32,000 bases of DNA. It comes from Elusimicrobia bacterium GWD2_63_28 (lineage in GTDB: Bacteria > Elusimicrobiota > Elusimicrobia > Elusimicrobiales > UBA9959). The translations under genes were made by a program, and so were the position numbers. Positions 9,335-18,509 of this stretch are shown here, piece by piece (positions within the stretch are counted from its first letter, which is position 1; each line of letters begins with the position of its first letter). A model generated the notes under the pieces. That model made no database searches. It was not told the DNA's origin and was given only the letters and a program-made list of their open reading frames with translations. The DNA lies in contig MGUI01000052.1 in the NCBI GenBank assembly GCA_001799895.1, positions 87,029 to 119,028 on the forward strand, written 5' to 3'.

Positions 9335-9876
9335 AATTGCAGCGACCTCTTGAGTTTGACCGCGGTCTGCGCCGGGTTCAGCCCGGCCACGTTCACGATT
9401 ATATCCGCCCGGCGGTAGTAGGGCAGGCGGGCTTCGTAGAGCTTTTTGGCCCGGGGGGCGGCTTCGGCCCAGGGGCCGGCCAGCAGCGGGCGCCCGGCGC
9501 GCGAGGACTTGAGCCGCTCCTCCAGCTCCGGCCAGGGGCAGTACAGGAACACGGTGAGCCCGGCTTTTTTAAGCAGCGCCGCGCGGCTTCCCGACGGGTA
9601 GAAGCCGCCGCCCAGGGCTATCACCTGGCCGTCGCTCTCCGCCAGTGAGCGCACCAGCGCGGTCTCGAGCGTCCTGAAATGGCCGAGGCCTTTCTTGTTT
9701 ATGAGGTCGGCGGGGGAGGCGCCGTGTTTCCTTTCAAGCAGGGCGTCGCAGTCGGCGAAGGGGCGCTTCAGGGCGCGCGCCAGCGCCGCGCCGGACCGGG
9801 TCTTGCCGGCGCACATGAAGCCAGTGAGGCAGATATTTATAACCGGCCCAGTACGCGGCCCGTTTCTTTGCGCCAT
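9331..9876 (-). CDS. aroK: Shikimate kinase
   Basis: P-loop 'LTGFMCAGKTRSGAALARALKRPFADCDALLE', 'VIALGGGFY'. Confidence 0.9.
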   Translation of the reverse strand: MAQRNGPRTGPVINICLTGFMCAGKTRSGAALARALKRPFADCDALLERKHGASPADLINKKGLGHFRTLETALVRSLAESDGQVIALGGGFYPSGSRAALLKKAGLTVFLYCPWPELEERLKSSRAGRPLLAGPWAEAAPRAKKLYEARLPYYRRADIIVNVAGLNPAQTAVKLKRSLQL

Positions 9877-10859
9877 TCGTCCAATCTCCGCTTCAGCTCT
9901 CCGAGGGAATCCCCGCCGAATTTTTCCAGCAGCGCATCCGCCAGCTCCAGGGCGGCGGCGTGCTCGGCCACCACGGCGGCGGCGAACACGGCCGTGGTGT
10001 CGGAAGTGCTTGAAACGCTGAGCTTCCGCTTGAAAGTTTTCAGGTCCGTGGAGGGCGCCCCGCCCGGCAGGCCGGGCACGGGCTTTACCGCGCAGCGCAG
10101 GATAAGCCCGCGGCCGTTGGTCATGCCGCCGTCCAGGCCGCCGGAGAGCTCAGGGTACTCCGAGGCCTCGATGCCGCCCAGTTCGGCCAGCGCGAAGCCG
10201 CCGCCGATCTCGAAGCCTTTTACGCCGTTCACGCCCAGCAGGGCCGCGCCCAGCCGCGCGCCCAGGCGCCTGTCGGCCTGCGCGCAGCTGCCGAGGCCGG
10301 CCGGCAGTCCTTCCACTGAAAGTTCGAAGACTCCGCCCAGGGTGTCGCCGGCGGAGCGGGCGCGCAGCAGCTCGGCCGCGGCCGTCGCCGCGGTAATGGA
10401 GGGCAGGCGGCCCAGGCTGAGCACGCGCGAATTGATAGCTATGCCCAGCAGCTCGTGCAGCCGCAGGGCGAAGGAGCCCAGCGCCGTCCGCGCGGCCGTC
10501 TCCCGGGCGCTGGCGCGCTCGCGGATGAGGACGGCGTTGAGCGTATTGTATTTCAGCATGCCCGCCAGGTCGGCGTGGCCGGGGCGCGGCAGGCTCGACG
10601 GCGGGGGCAGGTCGCGCCCGGCGTTCTTTATCAGCACGGTTATGGGGGCGCCGGTGGTGACGCTCCCGCTGAGGCCGGAAATTATCTCGAAGTCGTCGGT
10701 CTCTTTGGCCTGGCGGGCGCCGCGGCCGGGGGCCAGGCGGCGGCGCCGCAGCTGGGCGGCCAGGTAGCCTGAAGGCATTTTCACTCCGGCGGGGAAGCCC
10801 TCCAGGATGCCGGTCAGAAATCTGCCGTGCGATTCGCCGGCGGTGAGGTAGCGCAGCAT
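9837..10859 (-). CDS. aroC: Chorismate synthase
   Basis: 'MLRYLTAGESHG', 'PRPGHADLAGMLKY', 'RERASARETAAR', 'GFEIGGGF', 'SGGLDGGMTNG', 'LADALLEKFGGDS'. Confidence 0.94.
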   Translation of the reverse strand: MLRYLTAGESHGRFLTGILEGFPAGVKMPSGYLAAQLRRRRLAPGRGARQAKETDDFEIISGLSGSVTTGAPITVLIKNAGRDLPPPSSLPRPGHADLAGMLKYNTLNAVLIRERASARETAARTALGSFALRLHELLGIAINSRVLSLGRLPSITAATAAAELLRARSAGDTLGGVFELSVEGLPAGLGSCAQADRRLGARLGAALLGVNGVKGFEIGGGFALAELGGIEASEYPELSGGLDGGMTNGRGLILRCAVKPVPGLPGGAPSTDLKTFKRKLSVSSTSDTTAVFAAAVVAEHAAALELADALLEKFGGDSLGELKRRLDEWRKETGRVLGRL

Positions 10860-10860
10860 G

Positions 10861-11703
10861 TTAAAACCCCTTGTTCGATCTCAGAAGCGCCAGGGCTTCC
10901 TTTTTAAATTCTACTATATCGCCGGCCGGCAGGCCCGACCAGTATTTAAGGGACAGCGCCGCCTGCCAGACCAGCAGGGAGAGGCCGTCTATCGCCGCGG
11001 CGCCGGCCGCGGCGGCGGCCCTGCTGAATTCAGTGCCGCCCGGGGCGTAGGCCAGGTCGGCGCAGAGGACCCCCGGTTGCGGTTCGTAAGGCGGGCGGCC
11101 CGGCTGGTACATGCCGAGCGGCGTGGCGTTCACCACAAGGCCGGGCGCGCCGGCCGGCGCGCCGAAAGGCGCCGCGGAGAAAACGGTTTTGGGGAAAGCT
11201 TCGGCCAGCTGTGCCGCCAGGGCGGACGCCGCCCCTGAGTTGCGGGCGTAAAAGGTGACCGAGGCCGCCGCCGAGCGGCCGAGCGCCCAGCCGGAGGAAG
11301 CCGCTCCGCCGCCGGAGCCGAAGACCGCGGCGTCCCTGCCCGCGGCGGAGAAACCAACTTCTTCCAGCGCGCCGATCAAAGCCCGCGCGTCGGTGTTCAG
11401 GCCCTCCAGCCCGGCCCGGCCGAAGCGGACGGTGTTGACCGAGCCGCATGCCCTGGCGGCCGGGTCGGACAGCGTCAGCATGGCGCAGACGGCTTTTTTA
11501 TGCGGAATAGTGACATTGAAGCCCGCCCAGCCGCCTGCCCGCAGCGCGGGGATGAGATTCTGCAGGTCCTGCGGGGTGCAATCCAGCGGGCTGTAGCTGA
11601 TCTCCGCCCCGGTCAGCGCCGCGAAAACGGCGAAGACGTCCGCGGAAAGGGATTTGGAAACAGGGTGGCCTAACAGCCCCGCCTTGATCTGCTTTTTAGA
11701 CAT
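10861..11703 (-). CDS. aroE: Shikimate dehydrogenase
   Basis: 'LLGHPVSKSLS', 'GFNVTIPHKKAV', 'GSVNTV', 'VVNATPLGM', 'DGLSLLVWQAALSLKYWSG'. Confidence 0.9.
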   Translation of the reverse strand: MSKKQIKAGLLGHPVSKSLSADVFAVFAALTGAEISYSPLDCTPQDLQNLIPALRAGGWAGFNVTIPHKKAVCAMLTLSDPAARACGSVNTVRFGRAGLEGLNTDARALIGALEEVGFSAAGRDAAVFGSGGGAASSGWALGRSAAASVTFYARNSGAASALAAQLAEAFPKTVFSAAPFGAPAGAPGLVVNATPLGMYQPGRPPYEPQPGVLCADLAYAPGGTEFSRAAAAAGAAAIDGLSLLVWQAALSLKYWSGLPAGDIVEFKKEALALLRSNKGF

Positions 11704-12668
11704 TATTTGCCGGTTATCGCGCGGAAGGTCTCTATGGAAACGGTCTGCCTGCCGTCGACGCGGGCGGCGAAAGGGTCCGGGCTGGCTTCCATCAGCAGGC
11801 CGTCGGCCCCGGCGCGCAGCGCCTGCCTGGCCAGTGCGGCCGCCAGCGCCCTGTCGCGCGAGGCGTGGCTGGGATCGGCGAGAACGGGCAGGCCGGTGAG
11901 TTTTTTAGCGGCGGCCATCAGCTTGAAATCCAGCAGCGGCCCGCCGGGGCGGGCCAGGGCGTCGCCCCGCTCGCACAGAATTATTTTTTTCGCGCCGCTG
12001 GCCAGCAGATACTCGGCCGACAGCAGCCACTCGGTGAGCGTGGCGCGCAGGCCGCGCTTGAGCAGCACCGCGCGGCCGGAGCGGGCCAGCTCCTTGAGCA
12101 GTTCGTAGTTGCGCATGTTGCGCGCGCCCACCTGCAGGATATCGCAGGCGGCGGCCAGGCGCTGCACCTGGCGGGTGTCGGTGGCCTCGGTCACCAGCGG
12201 CAGGCCGGTGAGCTTTTTAGCTTTGGAAATTATTTTCAGCCCGGGCCAGCCCAGGCCCTGGAAGGCGTACGGCGACGAGCGGGGCTTGAATAGCGCGGCG
12301 CGCAGGGCGTGCGCCCCGGCGGCCTTCAGGGCCAGCGCGGCGGCGAGATAAGACTGCTCGCCCTCAACGGCGCAGGGCCCGGCTATGAAGACGGGGCCGC
12401 GCCTGAAATCGAGCGGCGAGGAGGGGAGCCGCTTCGGCAGGGCGCAGGCCAGCGGGCACAGCTCGGCGTCCGAGAGGACGGCCTTTTCCACTCCGGGCAG
12501 GTTCTCCAGGGCCGGCGCGGCTTCGGCCAGGCGCTGCGGCCTGGCCGCGCTGATCGTGAGGCGCCCGCCGGAGCGTTTTACCGACGCGCCGGGCAGCAGG
12601 CGCGCCGCGGCCCGGGCCAGTTCGGCCGCCGCGGCCGGGGCCAGGTTCTTTTTAAGGAGTATGATCAT
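11703..12668 (-). CDS. aroF: 3-deoxy-7-phosphoheptulonate synthase, type I-beta-like
   Basis: 'FIAGPCAVEGEQ', 'FKPRSSPYAFQGLG', 'LPLVTEATD', 'LQVGARNMRNYELLKELA', 'VLLKRGLRAT', 'DPSHASRDR'. Confidence 0.93.
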   Translation of the reverse strand: MIILLKKNLAPAAAAELARAAARLLPGASVKRSGGRLTISAARPQRLAEAAPALENLPGVEKAVLSDAELCPLACALPKRLPSSPLDFRRGPVFIAGPCAVEGEQSYLAAALALKAAGAHALRAALFKPRSSPYAFQGLGWPGLKIISKAKKLTGLPLVTEATDTRQVQRLAAACDILQVGARNMRNYELLKELARSGRAVLLKRGLRATLTEWLLSAEYLLASGAKKIILCERGDALARPGGPLLDFKLMAAAKKLTGLPVLADPSHASRDRALAAALARQALRAGADGLLMEASPDPFAARVDGRQTVSIETFRAITGK

Positions 12669-12916
12669 CCGGCGGCCTGGATCTTCTTCGTCTGCCTGAT
12701 TATCTCGGAGAAAACGGCCCTGGCGGCCCGGGCGTGGATCTTTTTTACGGCGGCCGCGGCATTGGCCAGCACCTGCCGCTCGCGCGCCGGGTCGGAGGCC
12801 TTCGCCTTCAGCGCGCGCAGCGGCGCGGCCAGCGCCAAGCGGCGCGACAGCAGCGCGGCTATGCGCCTGTCGAGCGCGTCGATCTTAAGCCTTGCGGCTT
12901 CAAGCTTAGTGGCCAT
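12665..12916 (-). CDS. Chorismate mutase (AroQ-fold), monofunctional
   Basis: 'KLEAARLKIDALDRRIAALLSRRLALAAPLRALKAKASDPARERQVLANA' matches the short all-helical chorismate mutase pattern; first gene of the aro operon. Confidence 0.82.
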   Translation of the reverse strand: MATKLEAARLKIDALDRRIAALLSRRLALAAPLRALKAKASDPARERQVLANAAAAVKKIHARAARAVFSEIIRQTKKIQAAG

Positions 12917-12969
12917 AATAGAATTCTATTAAAATACGGCGGGGAATAAAATTGTAAAATAGTCTTATT

Positions 12970-14115
12970 ATGGCCGGAACGCTGGAACTCAAAGATGTAG
13001 TCAACAAGCTGGAAGAGCTCGCCGCCGCGCTGGACGCCGCGTCTAAGCTTTACGGCCTCGAAGCCAAGCGCGCCACGCTGCGCGAGAAAGAGGCCGTCTC
13101 CGGCTCCGGGGATTTCTGGAACGACGCCGCCAAAGCGCAGGTCCTGCTCAAGGAACTCAACGACCTGAAGAAGGGCGTGGAGCTGCTCGATACCGTCGGG
13201 CGCGAGCTGGAGGACTTCAAGGTGCATTTCGAGCTGGCCAAGGACGCCGGCGACGCCGGCGAGCTGGCTGTCATCATGGACGGCCTGCTGGCCGTGGAGA
13301 GGAAACTGAAGATCCTGGACTTCGAGCTGAAGCTGGCCGACCCGGCCGACAAACTGGACGCCATTATCACCATCCACGCCGGGGCCGGCGGCACCGAGGC
13401 CTGCGACTGGGCCCAGATGCTGCTGCGCATGTACACCCGCTGGGCGGAGCAGAAGGGTTTCACCTTCGCCATCACCGACATGCTGGCCGGCGAAGAGGCC
13501 GGCGTGCGCGGCGTGACCGCCATCGTCAAGGGCAGGTACGCCTACGGCTACCTCAAGAGCGAGATAGGCGTGCACCGCCTGGTGCGGATCTCGCCTTTCG
13601 ACGCCAATAAGCGCCGCCATACCTCCTTCTCTTCCATCGACGTGCTGGCGGACATCGACGACACGATCGAGATCAAGATCGAAGACAAAGACCTGAGCTG
13701 GGACACCTTCCGCTCCGGCGGCGCGGGCGGCCAGAACGTCAACAAGGTGGAGACCGCCGTGCGCGTCACGCACGCGCCGTCGGGCATAGTGGTGGCCTGC
13801 CAGATAGAGCGCTCCCAGCACCAGAACCGCGAGACCGCGATGAAGATGCTCAAGGCCAGGCTCTACGAGATAGAGATGGACAAGAAGCGCACGGAGATGG
13901 AGCGCCACTACGACGCCAAGGGCGCCATAGGCTGGGGCCACCAGATCCGCTCTTACGTTTTTATGCCTTACCAGATGGTCAAGGACCTCCGCACCGGCGA
14001 GGAGACCTCGCAGATAGAAGCCGTTATGGACGGCGCGCTGGACCCTTTCATGCACTCCTACCTCACCTGGGCGGCCGGGGGGAAGAAGAAGCGCAACGTC
14101 AGCAGCGAGGATTGA
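12970..14115 (+). CDS. prfB: Peptide chain release factor 2
   Basis: '[20 protein letters not shown]', RF2 tripeptide context '[15 protein letters not shown]', catalytic '[13 protein letters not shown]'; continuous reading frame. Confidence 0.95.
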   Translation: MAGTLELKDVVNKLEELAAALDAASKLYGLEAKRATLREKEAVSGSGDFWNDAAKAQVLLKELNDLKKGVELLDTVGRELEDFKVHFELAKDAGDAGELAVIMDGLLAVERKLKILDFELKLADPADKLDAIITIHAGAGGTEACDWAQMLLRMYTRWAEQKGFTFAITDMLAGEEAGVRGVTAIVKGRYAYGYLKSEIGVHRLVRISPFDANKRRHTSFSSIDVLADIDDTIEIKIEDKDLSWDTFRSGGAGGQNVNKVETAVRVTHAPSGIVVACQIERSQHQNRETAMKMLKARLYEIEMDKKRTEMERHYDAKGAIGWGHQIRSYVFMPYQMVKDLRTGEETSQIEAVMDGALDPFMHSYLTWAAGGKKKRNVSSED

Positions 14116-14163
14116 CGCCCCCTCCGCACCCATGCCTTCCGCCGCCCCGAGGATAATATTTAA

Positions 14164-14964
14164 ATGCTGATAGAAACCCATTCCCACCTCAACGACAAGG
14201 CTTTCGACGCCGACCGCGCCGCGGTGACGGACCGCGCCTTCGCCTCCGGCGTCGGAAAGATAGTGGAGATAGCCTGCCAGCCCTCCGAATGGGCTCAGGG
14301 CGAGGCCTTCTGCGCCGCCTATCCCGGCAAAGTCTCCTGCGCCTTCGGGGCGCACCCCGAATACACCAAGACGCTGCCGCCGGACCTGCTGGCGCAGCTG
14401 GAGCTTTACCTGGCCAAACCCTGCGCCGTGGCGCTGGGCGAGGTGGGGATAGACTACTGGTGGGACATCGGCCCCAAAGAGGCGCAGCTGGCGCTGCTGA
14501 ACCTGCAGCTGCCGCTCTGCGCCAAATTCAACAAGCCCGCGGTGTTCCACGCGCGCAACGGCAAAACGCCGGAGCAGAACGCCTACGCCGACCTGCTGGA
14601 GGCGCTGAAGGGCTGGTCCTATAAGCCTGCCCGGCGCTTTCGCGGCGTGCTGCACTGCTTCTCCGGCAACTGGGACGACGCCAGGGCCGGGCTCGACCTG
14701 GGCCTCGCGCTCGGCGTGAACGGCACCTTTACCTATAAAAAGAACGGCTACCTGCGCGATATAGCGCTGAAGGCCGGCATAGACAACCTGGTGCTGGAGA
14801 CGGATTGCCCGTACCTGCCGCCGGAAGGCTCGCGCGGCCAGCGCAACGACCCGTCTTTCATCCCCGAAATAGCGGCCATGGTGGCCGGCCACCTGGGGCT
14901 GAGCAACGGGGGCGTAGCCGACAAGACCACGGCCAACGCTTTCGACCTTTTCGGAGAATTCTAA
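14164..14964 (+). CDS. tatD: TatD family metal-dependent hydrolase
   Basis: 'ETHSHLND', 'ALGEVGIDYWWD', 'PAVFHARN', 'GVLHCFSG', 'LVLETDCPYLPPEGSRGQRNDPSFIPEIA'. Confidence 0.88.
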   Translation: MLIETHSHLNDKAFDADRAAVTDRAFASGVGKIVEIACQPSEWAQGEAFCAAYPGKVSCAFGAHPEYTKTLPPDLLAQLELYLAKPCAVALGEVGIDYWWDIGPKEAQLALLNLQLPLCAKFNKPAVFHARNGKTPEQNAYADLLEALKGWSYKPARRFRGVLHCFSGNWDDARAGLDLGLALGVNGTFTYKKNGYLRDIALKAGIDNLVLETDCPYLPPEGSRGQRNDPSFIPEIAAMVAGHLGLSNGGVADKTTANAFDLFGEF

Positions 14965-14973
14965 GGAGAATTT

Positions 14974-17490
14974 ATGAGCACGAACGAGATCAAAAAACTG
15001 TTCGCGGAGCGCATCCCCGTCTTCGACGGGGCGATGGGCACCTACCTGCCGGCCTTCGGCCTCAAAGAATCGGATTTCGCCGGCCACGACGGGCTAAACG
15101 AGATGCTGTCCCTCTCCCGCCCCGACGTGGTTACCAAGGTCCACGAAGACTATCTCGCCGCCGGCGCGGACTTCATCGAGACCAACACCTTCGGCGCCAA
15201 CGCGGCCGTGCTGGCCGAATACGGCCTGCAGGCCCGGGTGCGCGAGTTCAACATCGCCTCCGCGCGCCTGGCCAGGGCCGCCGCGGAAAAATATTCCGGC
15301 GACGGCAGGAAGCGCTACGTGGCCGGCTCCGTCGGCCCCACCAACAAGGCCCTGTTCGTCACCGGCGGCCTCTCCTTCGACGAACTGCGCAGCGTCTACC
15401 TGGAGCAGCTGCTGGGCCTCATCGAAGGCGGCGCGGACCTGCTGCTGCTCGAGACCGCGCACGACGTGCTGAATCTGAAGGCGGGGCTGGCCGCGGCGCG
15501 CCTGGCCTTCCAGAAAGCCGGCCGGGACCTGCCCGTGATAGTTTCCGCCACCATGGACGAGCGCAACAAGATGCTGTCCGGCCACGACGCGGAGGCCTTC
15601 TTCGCCGCCGTCGAGCATTTCCCGCTCGCGGCCATCGGCTTCAACTGCTCTACCGGGCCCGAGGGGCTGGGGTTGCGCCTCGAGCGCCTGGCCGCCCGCG
15701 CCCAGTACCCCGTCTTCGCCATGCCCAACGCCGGCCTGCCCGACGAGAACGGCCTCTACCTGCAGACCCCGGAGACCTTCTCCGCCGTGATGGCGGGCTA
15801 CGCTAAAAGGGGGCTGCTCAACGCCGCCGGCGGCTGCTGCGGCACCAACCCGGACCACATAAAGGCCCTCGCCGAAGCCGTAAAAGGCGTAAAGCCGCGC
15901 GTCCCGAACGCCGTCGCCCCCTGGGTGGTGTCCGGCGTGGAGGCCCTGTTCTTCGACGAGATAGAGCCGCCCGCCATGGTGGGCGAGCGCAATAATTCCA
16001 TCGGCTCCAAGAAGTTCCGCGACATGGTGGCCGCCGGGGACTGGGACGGGGCCGTGGCCCTGGCCAAGGCCCAGGCCGGGGCGGGAGCCCATATCCTGGA
16101 CGTCTGCCTGGCCAACCCCGAGCGCAACGAACTGGCCGACGTTAAGACCCTTATCCCCAAGCTGGCCCGCGCGGTGCGCCTGCCCGTCATGACCGACACC
16201 ACCGACACCGCCGTGATGGAAGAGGTGCTCAAAGCCGTGCCCGGCAAGGCGCTGCTGAATTCCGTCAACTTCGAGTTCGGCCTCGAAAAGCCGCGCGCCG
16301 CCGCCGAGCTGGTGAAAACCTACGGCGCCAAGCTGGTGTTCGGCTGCATCGACGAGGACAAGGCGCACGGCCTGCCGCTCGACGCGGAGCGCAAGGTGGC
16401 CATAGCCCGCCGCGCCTACGCCTTCCTCACCGAAGAATGCGGCCTGCAGGCCGGCGACATCGTCTTCGATACGCTGGTGTTCCCGGTGGCCGTCGGCGGC
16501 GAGCACGCCAAAACCGCCCACGAGACCATAAAGGCCATAGAGGCTATAAAAGTGGAATTCCCCGGAGTGAAGACCGTGCTCGGCGTCAGCAATGTCTCTT
16601 TCGGCCTGCCGCCCGCCTCCCGCGAGGTACTCAACTCCGTCTTCCTGCACCACGCCGTGAAGGCCGGGCTGGACCTGGCCATAGTCAACATAGAGAAACT
16701 CAAGCGCTACGCCGGGATCTCCCCAGAGGAGAAGGCGCTGGCCGAGGACCTGATCTTCGCGCGCAAGCCGGACGCGGCGCAGCTCTTCGCCGCGCGCTAT
16801 CGCGACGCCAAGAAAGGCCCGGCCGCCCCGGCTGCGCAGGACGCGCCGCCGGCGGAGAAGCTGCGCCTGGCCGTGCTCAACGGCACGCGCAACGGCATAC
16901 CGGAAGCCGTGGCCGCCCTGCTTCAGACGGAGAACCCGCTCGATATTATCAACGGCCCCGTCATGCAGGCCATGGCCGAGGTGGGCAAACAGTTCTCCTG
17001 CGGCGATTTGATAGTGACCGAGGTGCTGCAGAGCGCCGAGGCGGCCAAGGCCGCCGTCACCGCGCTGGAACCGGCGCTGAAGGCGCAGAAAGCCCCCAAG
17101 CGCGGCCGCGTGCTGCTGGCCACCGTGAAGGGCGACGTGCACGACATCGGCAAGAACCTGGTGGGCATCATCTTCGAGAGCAACGGCTTCGAGGTGGAAG
17201 ACCTCGGCGTGAAAGTGGCGCCGGAGGATATAGCCGCCGCGGCCGCCAAGTCGCGCCCCGACTTCATCGGCCTGTCCGGCCTGCTGGTGCGCTCCTGTGA
17301 GCAGATGACCATCACCGCCCGCGAGCTGGCCCGCGCCGGCGTGAACTGCCCGCTGCTGGTGGGCGGCGCCGCCCTGACGCCCAAATTCACCGAAGCCAAC
17401 ATAGTCCCGAATTACGCCGGGCCGGTCTTCTACGCCAAGGACGCGATGGAGGGCCTCAACTACGTGCTGAAGCTCGGGGTCGCCAAATAG
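14974..17490 (+). CDS. metH: Cobalamin-dependent methionine synthase: Hcy, pterin, cap and B12 modules, lacking the C-terminal activation domain
   Basis: 'FDGAMGTYL', 'ETNTFGAN', 'FNCSTGPEG', 'GGCCGTNP', 'VGERNNSIGSKKF', B12 motif 'VKGDVHDIGKNLVG'; ends directly after the B12 domain. Confidence 0.94.
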   Translation: MSTNEIKKLFAERIPVFDGAMGTYLPAFGLKESDFAGHDGLNEMLSLSRPDVVTKVHEDYLAAGADFIETNTFGANAAVLAEYGLQARVREFNIASARLARAAAEKYSGDGRKRYVAGSVGPTNKALFVTGGLSFDELRSVYLEQLLGLIEGGADLLLLETAHDVLNLKAGLAAARLAFQKAGRDLPVIVSATMDERNKMLSGHDAEAFFAAVEHFPLAAIGFNCSTGPEGLGLRLERLAARAQYPVFAMPNAGLPDENGLYLQTPETFSAVMAGYAKRGLLNAAGGCCGTNPDHIKALAEAVKGVKPRVPNAVAPWVVSGVEALFFDEIEPPAMVGERNNSIGSKKFRDMVAAGDWDGAVALAKAQAGAGAHILDVCLANPERNELADVKTLIPKLARAVRLPVMTDTTDTAVMEEVLKAVPGKALLNSVNFEFGLEKPRAAAELVKTYGAKLVFGCIDEDKAHGLPLDAERKVAIARRAYAFLTEECGLQAGDIVFDTLVFPVAVGGEHAKTAHETIKAIEAIKVEFPGVKTVLGVSNVSFGLPPASREVLNSVFLHHAVKAGLDLAIVNIEKLKRYAGISPEEKALAEDLIFARKPDAAQLFAARYRDAKKGPAAPAAQDAPPAEKLRLAVLNGTRNGIPEAVAALLQTENPLDIINGPVMQAMAEVGKQFSCGDLIVTEVLQSAEAAKAAVTALEPALKAQKAPKRGRVLLATVKGDVHDIGKNLVGIIFESNGFEVEDLGVKVAPEDIAAAAAKSRPDFIGLSGLLVRSCEQMTITARELARAGVNCPLLVGGAALTPKFTEANIVPNYAGPVFYAKDAMEGLNYVLKLGVAK

Positions 17491-18275
17491 TGGCGGCCCG
17501 CTTCCCGGCCGATAACCCGGTCCCCGCGGACCTGGAGCGGCATTTCGTCGAGCAGCCGCTGCCCGAGCTGTTCGCCAACATGGACGAGGACCTGTTCAAC
17601 CTGCGCTTTCTCGGCCTGAAGAAAGCGCAGGAGGATAAGCGCCGCGAGGCCGCCGCGCAGCTGGCCGCCCTTAAAGAGGAAGTGCTGACGAAAGGGCTGA
17701 TAAAGGCGCGCGGCGTCTACCGCTTCTTCCCGGCCGCTTCCGACGGCGACAAGATCCGAGTTTACGGCGGGGACGGGGCCGAAGCGGCCGTTCTGAACTT
17801 CCCGCGCCAGGCCGCCGGCGACCGCCTCTGCCTGGCCGACTTCACCGCCCCGGCGGCTGACGCTAAAAAAGATCATATCGCCCTGCTGGTAGTCACCTGC
17901 GGCGAGGGCGTGCTGGCCCTCGCCCGCCGAGAGCGCGAGGCCGGCAACTATGTGCGGTCCTACCTGGTAGAGGCGCTGGCCCTGACGCTGGCCGAGGCCT
18001 TCGCCGACGTGCTGCATTACCGCATCCGGCGGGAGTGGGGTATAGCGGAGGAGAACCCGGTCATCCCGCTGCTGCGCAGCAAGTACCGCGGCAAGCGCTA
18101 CTCCTTCGGCTACCCGGTCTGCCCGGACCTGGCCAACCAGGCTGTTCTATTCGACCTGCTCAAGCCCGAGCCCGACGCCGGCATCAAGCTGACCGACGGC
18201 TATATGATGGACCCTGAAGCCTCGGTCTCGGCCATAGTCTTCCACACCCCCGCCGCCGTCTACTTCGGCATCTAG
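17490..18275 (+). CDS. Separate MetH reactivation (AdoMet-binding) domain protein
   Basis: Start GTG overlaps the metH TAG (TAGTG). 'AEAFADVLHYRIRREWG...RGKRYSFGYPVCPDLANQAVLFDLLKPE..GIKLTDGYMMDPEASVSAIVFHTPAAVYFG' matches the MetH activation domain. Confidence 0.88.
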   Translation: MAARFPADNPVPADLERHFVEQPLPELFANMDEDLFNLRFLGLKKAQEDKRREAAAQLAALKEEVLTKGLIKARGVYRFFPAASDGDKIRVYGGDGAEAAVLNFPRQAAGDRLCLADFTAPAADAKKDHIALLVVTCGEGVLALARREREAGNYVRSYLVEALALTLAEAFADVLHYRIRREWGIAEENPVIPLLRSKYRGKRYSFGYPVCPDLANQAVLFDLLKPEPDAGIKLTDGYMMDPEASVSAIVFHTPAAVYFGI

Positions 18276-18316
18276 CCTGTCGAGGTTGAACCTCCACGAG
18301 GTTCAGCCTCGACAGG
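18276..18316. repeat. 41-nt near-perfect inverted repeat abutting the stop codon
   Basis: CCTGTCGAGGTTGAACCTC-CAC-GAGGTTCAGCCTCGACAGG: 19-bp arms with a single T:G mismatch, 3-nt loop, no immediate T-run. Confidence 0.9.
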
Positions 18317-18342
18317 GAGTTGACATGGGACTTTTTTGGGTC

Positions 18343-18423
18343 TTGACAGCGGGGATTGGTCTGCTATACTATGAATGGGTCCGCGGCCCCTCTCAGTGGG
18401 TTTCTCGCGGGCCCTTTCTTTTT
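18343..18423 (+). ncRNA. Candidate mini-RNA unit, copy 1: sigma70 promoter plus ~47-nt hairpin/terminator RNA
   Basis: TTGACA (18343-18348), 16 nt, TATACT (18365-18370), 6 nt, then GGGTCCGCG...CGCGGGCCC-TTTCTTTTT (18377-18423). Confidence 0.7.
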
Positions 18424-18509
18424 GGATGGAAACGGGGAGGGAGGGAAGCGTTCCGCGGCCTGATTCCGGGGCCCGACCGGGCATGCTCCGGCCGTGCGCG
18501 GCGCACCCC

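Noticed and set aside
12970-13060. Programmed frameshift expected in prfB
   Set aside because: The reading frame is continuous from ATG through the N-terminal domain with no CTTTGA-type slippery stop; RF2 appears to be encoded without a frameshift.
12859-17142. Very long antisense ORFs (12859..15087, 742 aa; 15094..17142, 682 aa) opposite prfB, tatD and metH
   Set aside because: They mirror well-supported conserved genes and have the low-complexity His/Gln/Val/Gly composition typical of spurious high-GC antisense frames.
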